Shown here: positions 29,435 to 32,000 of the stretch, one piece after another
How positions within the stretch are numbered: the stretch's first letter is position 1
Layout of the letters: each line of letters begins with the position of its first letter
Origin: Candidatus Saccharimonadota bacterium
GTDB taxonomy: Bacteria; Patescibacteriota; Gracilibacteria; BD1-5; UBA6164
NCBI GenBank assembly: GCA_965229705.1
Contig: OZ245922.1
Coordinates: forward strand, 780,001 to 812,000
Length of the DNA stretch: 32,000 nt
Direction: 5' to 3'
Notes under the pieces: generated by a model
The model's input: the letters and a program-made list of their open reading frames with translations, nothing else
What the model was told of the DNA's origin: nothing
Databases searched by the model: none
Position numbers and translations under genes: made by a program

Positions 29435-31384
29435 ATGACAGCACCAAAACTCGAGACACTTGTCTCTCCATGAACACCAGAGACTCCTGAAACCATGAGT
29501 CCTGACCCGATGAGTGATGAAGCAGTAAACAAGCAACTTTTACGAATAGGTATTTCTCCTGAAAATCTTGATGCTGATATGAGGGAAAGGTTTCGTGAAG
29601 CTCTCACGCTCTATACCACCTCTCCTGATAGTAACCTCGCACTTCTCGAAGAACGTGTTGGACAAGGATTTACAACAGAAGATGAAAAAGTCGTAGAGCT
29701 CACTCGCTGGATAAACGAACATCATCCTGATTGAGGGACTTCTCAAGGTATACAGTGAGAGTTTGAACAGCTCTGAACCATCTTTCAGTGAGGAATATTT
29801 TCTCATATTCAAAACTTTTTTTCTGATACATTCAAAAATATATTTTCGTCATTTTCTACCGGAAATGAAGCTCAAGATCAAGCTGTTGAATGAATTTTTT
29901 GAAGAATTTTTAAAGGAATTTTTGGATTTGATGTGTCAGCCACTGATGAAACTCAGCCCGAAGATAATAAGACGTGAGAAGAAGGAATATGACAAGAGAG
30001 ATGATCAGAGACCAGCATCGAAACTGCTGAAAATCTCACTATATCACCCGAAGTCATTCCACCTCATATACAATGATTTTATAATACTGGACTGCGAACT
30101 ATTCTCTTTCTTGGTGGGTATGAGTGAGGAAATGTTGGTGAGAGTGAAACATTTTTAAAAAATTATTTTTATACTGAAAATCTCGCTCTTACAGACATGT
30201 CAGCTCTCGAAGTCTCTGAAAGTCAAAACGAAACAACTCAAGAGGTATGAGAAAGTATGTATGAAGCATTTGAGCATCAAAGGGTTCGTGATATTCTTTC
30301 TGTGAGTCTTTCATCTGAAAACCTCAAAAATATTATCAAACCTGCAGGAATGACAAATACCATACTTGCATCTAAAATGTGAATCGATACAGAGTCTGGT
30401 ATACAACGTTTAGAAGAAATATATGAAATATCACAAAAAAACGGTTTTGACTACCGAGAGCTCCCTATTCATGAAATATCTCTTTTATATGCTTTTTCGG
30501 CGCTTTGACCTGCTGCAGGGCTCAGTGAGACTCTCGCATGATGGGTATGAAACAGCGAATCATCTATAAATGAAGATGAGATTATCACGGCTCTTGCTAA
30601 TAGTACCTACATAGACAACGACTTGAGCCGAGCTTTTTTAGAAACTGAAATAGCTCAAGGATGAAGATGACTTCTTGAATCCAGTGAAGATGCAAGAGTC
30701 AAAGAACTTCTGATAGAGTATTTACAGCAAGAACAACTCAGTCAAGATCACCCAGCATTTCAGCAGATAGAGGAACTGATTTCATATAAAGATTTTGTAT
30801 TAGAAGATCTGATAGAACAAGATATTTTTCAGCTCAATGAAGAAGAAAAAACTGCTATAAAGCAAGGTCTCAATTATGGGAAAATCACACTTCTCTATGA
30901 GTCTCTTCATGGAAAAAAAGAAGTATGAGATGCGCAAATATTTAGTATCATTGCTCTTTTTGCCTCTATTTTACGATCACAAATAAATAATGAGGCAGCA
31001 ACAGAGTATTTTTGAAGATTTAGCAATATTAACTCTGCGTCAAATGTATTTACTGATAACCAGATACAGCTCATCTCCGCATATACAGAGTCTGTAAGTT
31101 TAGAGGCTTGGTCTCTACTTATCGATCAGGCTTTTGGGTGAGCGCGCATGATAAATGGCTATGTACAATGAGCAACGGGAGTTGACTCTACTATTGTTGG
31201 TGCTGGTTTAATGGGTAGTGCTGTTGCCTTATGAAGCGCGACAACAACGAGAAATTTTCAATGACAATTAGTTCCTAGGGCGTGAATATTGCCATCCGCC
31301 ATTCGAACAATAGCGCGTAAGGCATGATGAGTATGACTCGTACTTATAGGCCTTGATGCAATCACATACGCATCAGAGGAATAA
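29435..31384 (+). CDS. Large protein D of unknown function (649 aa) with C-terminal Gly/Ala-rich hydrophobic segments
   Basis: The ATG 29435 to TAA 31382-31384 span is 1950 nt and was walked codon by codon. An upstream in-frame TAA lies at 29414. The C-terminal segments are GATGVDSTIVGAGLMGSAVALGSA (31169-31240) and AGGVGLVLIGLDAITYA (31322-31372). Confidence 0.78.
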
Positions 31385-31388
31385 ACAA

Positions 31389-31420
31389 ACTTTCAGGAAG
31401 CTCTGAGAAAGTCCTTTTTT
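31389..31420 (+). terminator. Possible weak intrinsic terminator after gene D
   Basis: Imperfect stem ctttcag / ctgagaaag (31390-31396 / 31403-31411, one bulge) followed by tcctttttt. Confidence 0.3.
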
Positions 31421-31541
31421 CTCTCCTTTTACAAATGAGAGATGGCTCGATAGAGCCAGAGAGGATTAGAAAATCTACGAATACTATTGAGATAATTTTA
31501 AAGCAGTATACTATAATTATCTTTACTCACTCTCACTATAC

Positions 31542-32000
31542 ATGCACCTCTCAAACTTTGACTACCATCTCCCACCCGAACTCATAGCCCAATCAGCAGC
31601 TGAACCCCGAGACAGTTCACGACTCCTCTGTCTTGAGAGAACATCTTGAGAGATACAAGATGCTATTTTTTCTGATATTGCGGATAAACTCTCTGAAAAT
31701 GATGTCCTCGTAGTCAACGAAACTCGCGTCATCAAAGCTCGCCTAAAATGAAAAATATGATGAACAGGAAAAGATTGTGAAGTATTTCTCCATAAACAAA
31801 TCTCTGATAACTCCTGGGACTGTCTTGTGTATCCCGGAAAAAAACTCAAACCAGGAACGCAAGTAATTTTTCCTTTTTCGAGACTCACTCCCTCCAATTC
31901 CACCTTATGAAGTAGGGAAGAAATCATCAGCGAACAGGATGGATTTACTGCGAAAATAGAAAGTGTATCTGAAAAATGAAGAATCGTTTCCTTCTCCAAA
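31542..32000 (+). CDS. queA: S-adenosylmethionine:tRNA ribosyltransferase-isomerase, N-terminal part (runs off the window)
   Basis: [71 protein letters not shown] is the canonical QueA N-terminus. A TATAAT lies at 31512-31517. Confidence 0.9.

Noticed and set aside
29763-30158. 131-codon ORF that is open even under the standard code, in a different frame inside gene D. It could mean a frameshift or a separate gene.
   Set aside because: The gene D frame stays free of TAA/TAG across this stretch and for 650 codons overall, and it gives a plausible sequence. The alternative ORF is short, phenylalanine/lysine-rich, and would break the long frame. A sequencing frameshift cannot be fully excluded without reads.
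31562-31999. 145-aa minus-strand ORF at the window end.
   Set aside because: It is antisense to an unmistakable queA N-terminus on the plus strand.

Overview
Low-GC bacterial chromosome segment that only makes sense under genetic code 25 (TGA = Gly), the code of Gracilibacteria/Absconditabacteria (CPR/Patescibacteria). The supplied ORF track uses the standard code, so it fragments almost every real gene. When TGA is read as sense, the fragments join into single frames that end in TAA or TAG. I checked the frames codon by codon for the cyclase, the FecR gene, most of pyrD, the central ~860 nt of the ligase fusion, and the four large unknown genes. Left to right the window holds: a partial SDR oxidoreductase; dnaE; ung; an overlapping FecR-domain gene plus CHASE2 adenylate/guanylate cyclase; an FtsB/DivIC-like gene; a small secreted protein and a small 2-TM protein; a translation block (KH protein, rpsP, tRNA-Leu, rpmB, rpsJ, tuf); tRNA-Ala and tRNA-Asp; a pyrimidine de novo set (pyrD, pyrB, pyrC and a pyrF-pyrE fusion) interrupted by a very AT-rich DpnI-like restriction gene plus a tiny acidic ORF; ftsX followed directly by a 795-aa ATP-grasp ligase / DUF1704 (MATCAP-like HExxxH) fusion; four tightly packed genes of 649-761 aa (22732-31384) with no domain I recognise; and the start of queA. 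Each of the four large proteins carries glycine-zipper-like hydrophobic segments, some heavily encoded by TGA. The best candidates for something undescribed are this four-gene cluster and the ligase/peptidase fusion. No rRNA, CRISPR array, transposase or integrase was seen.
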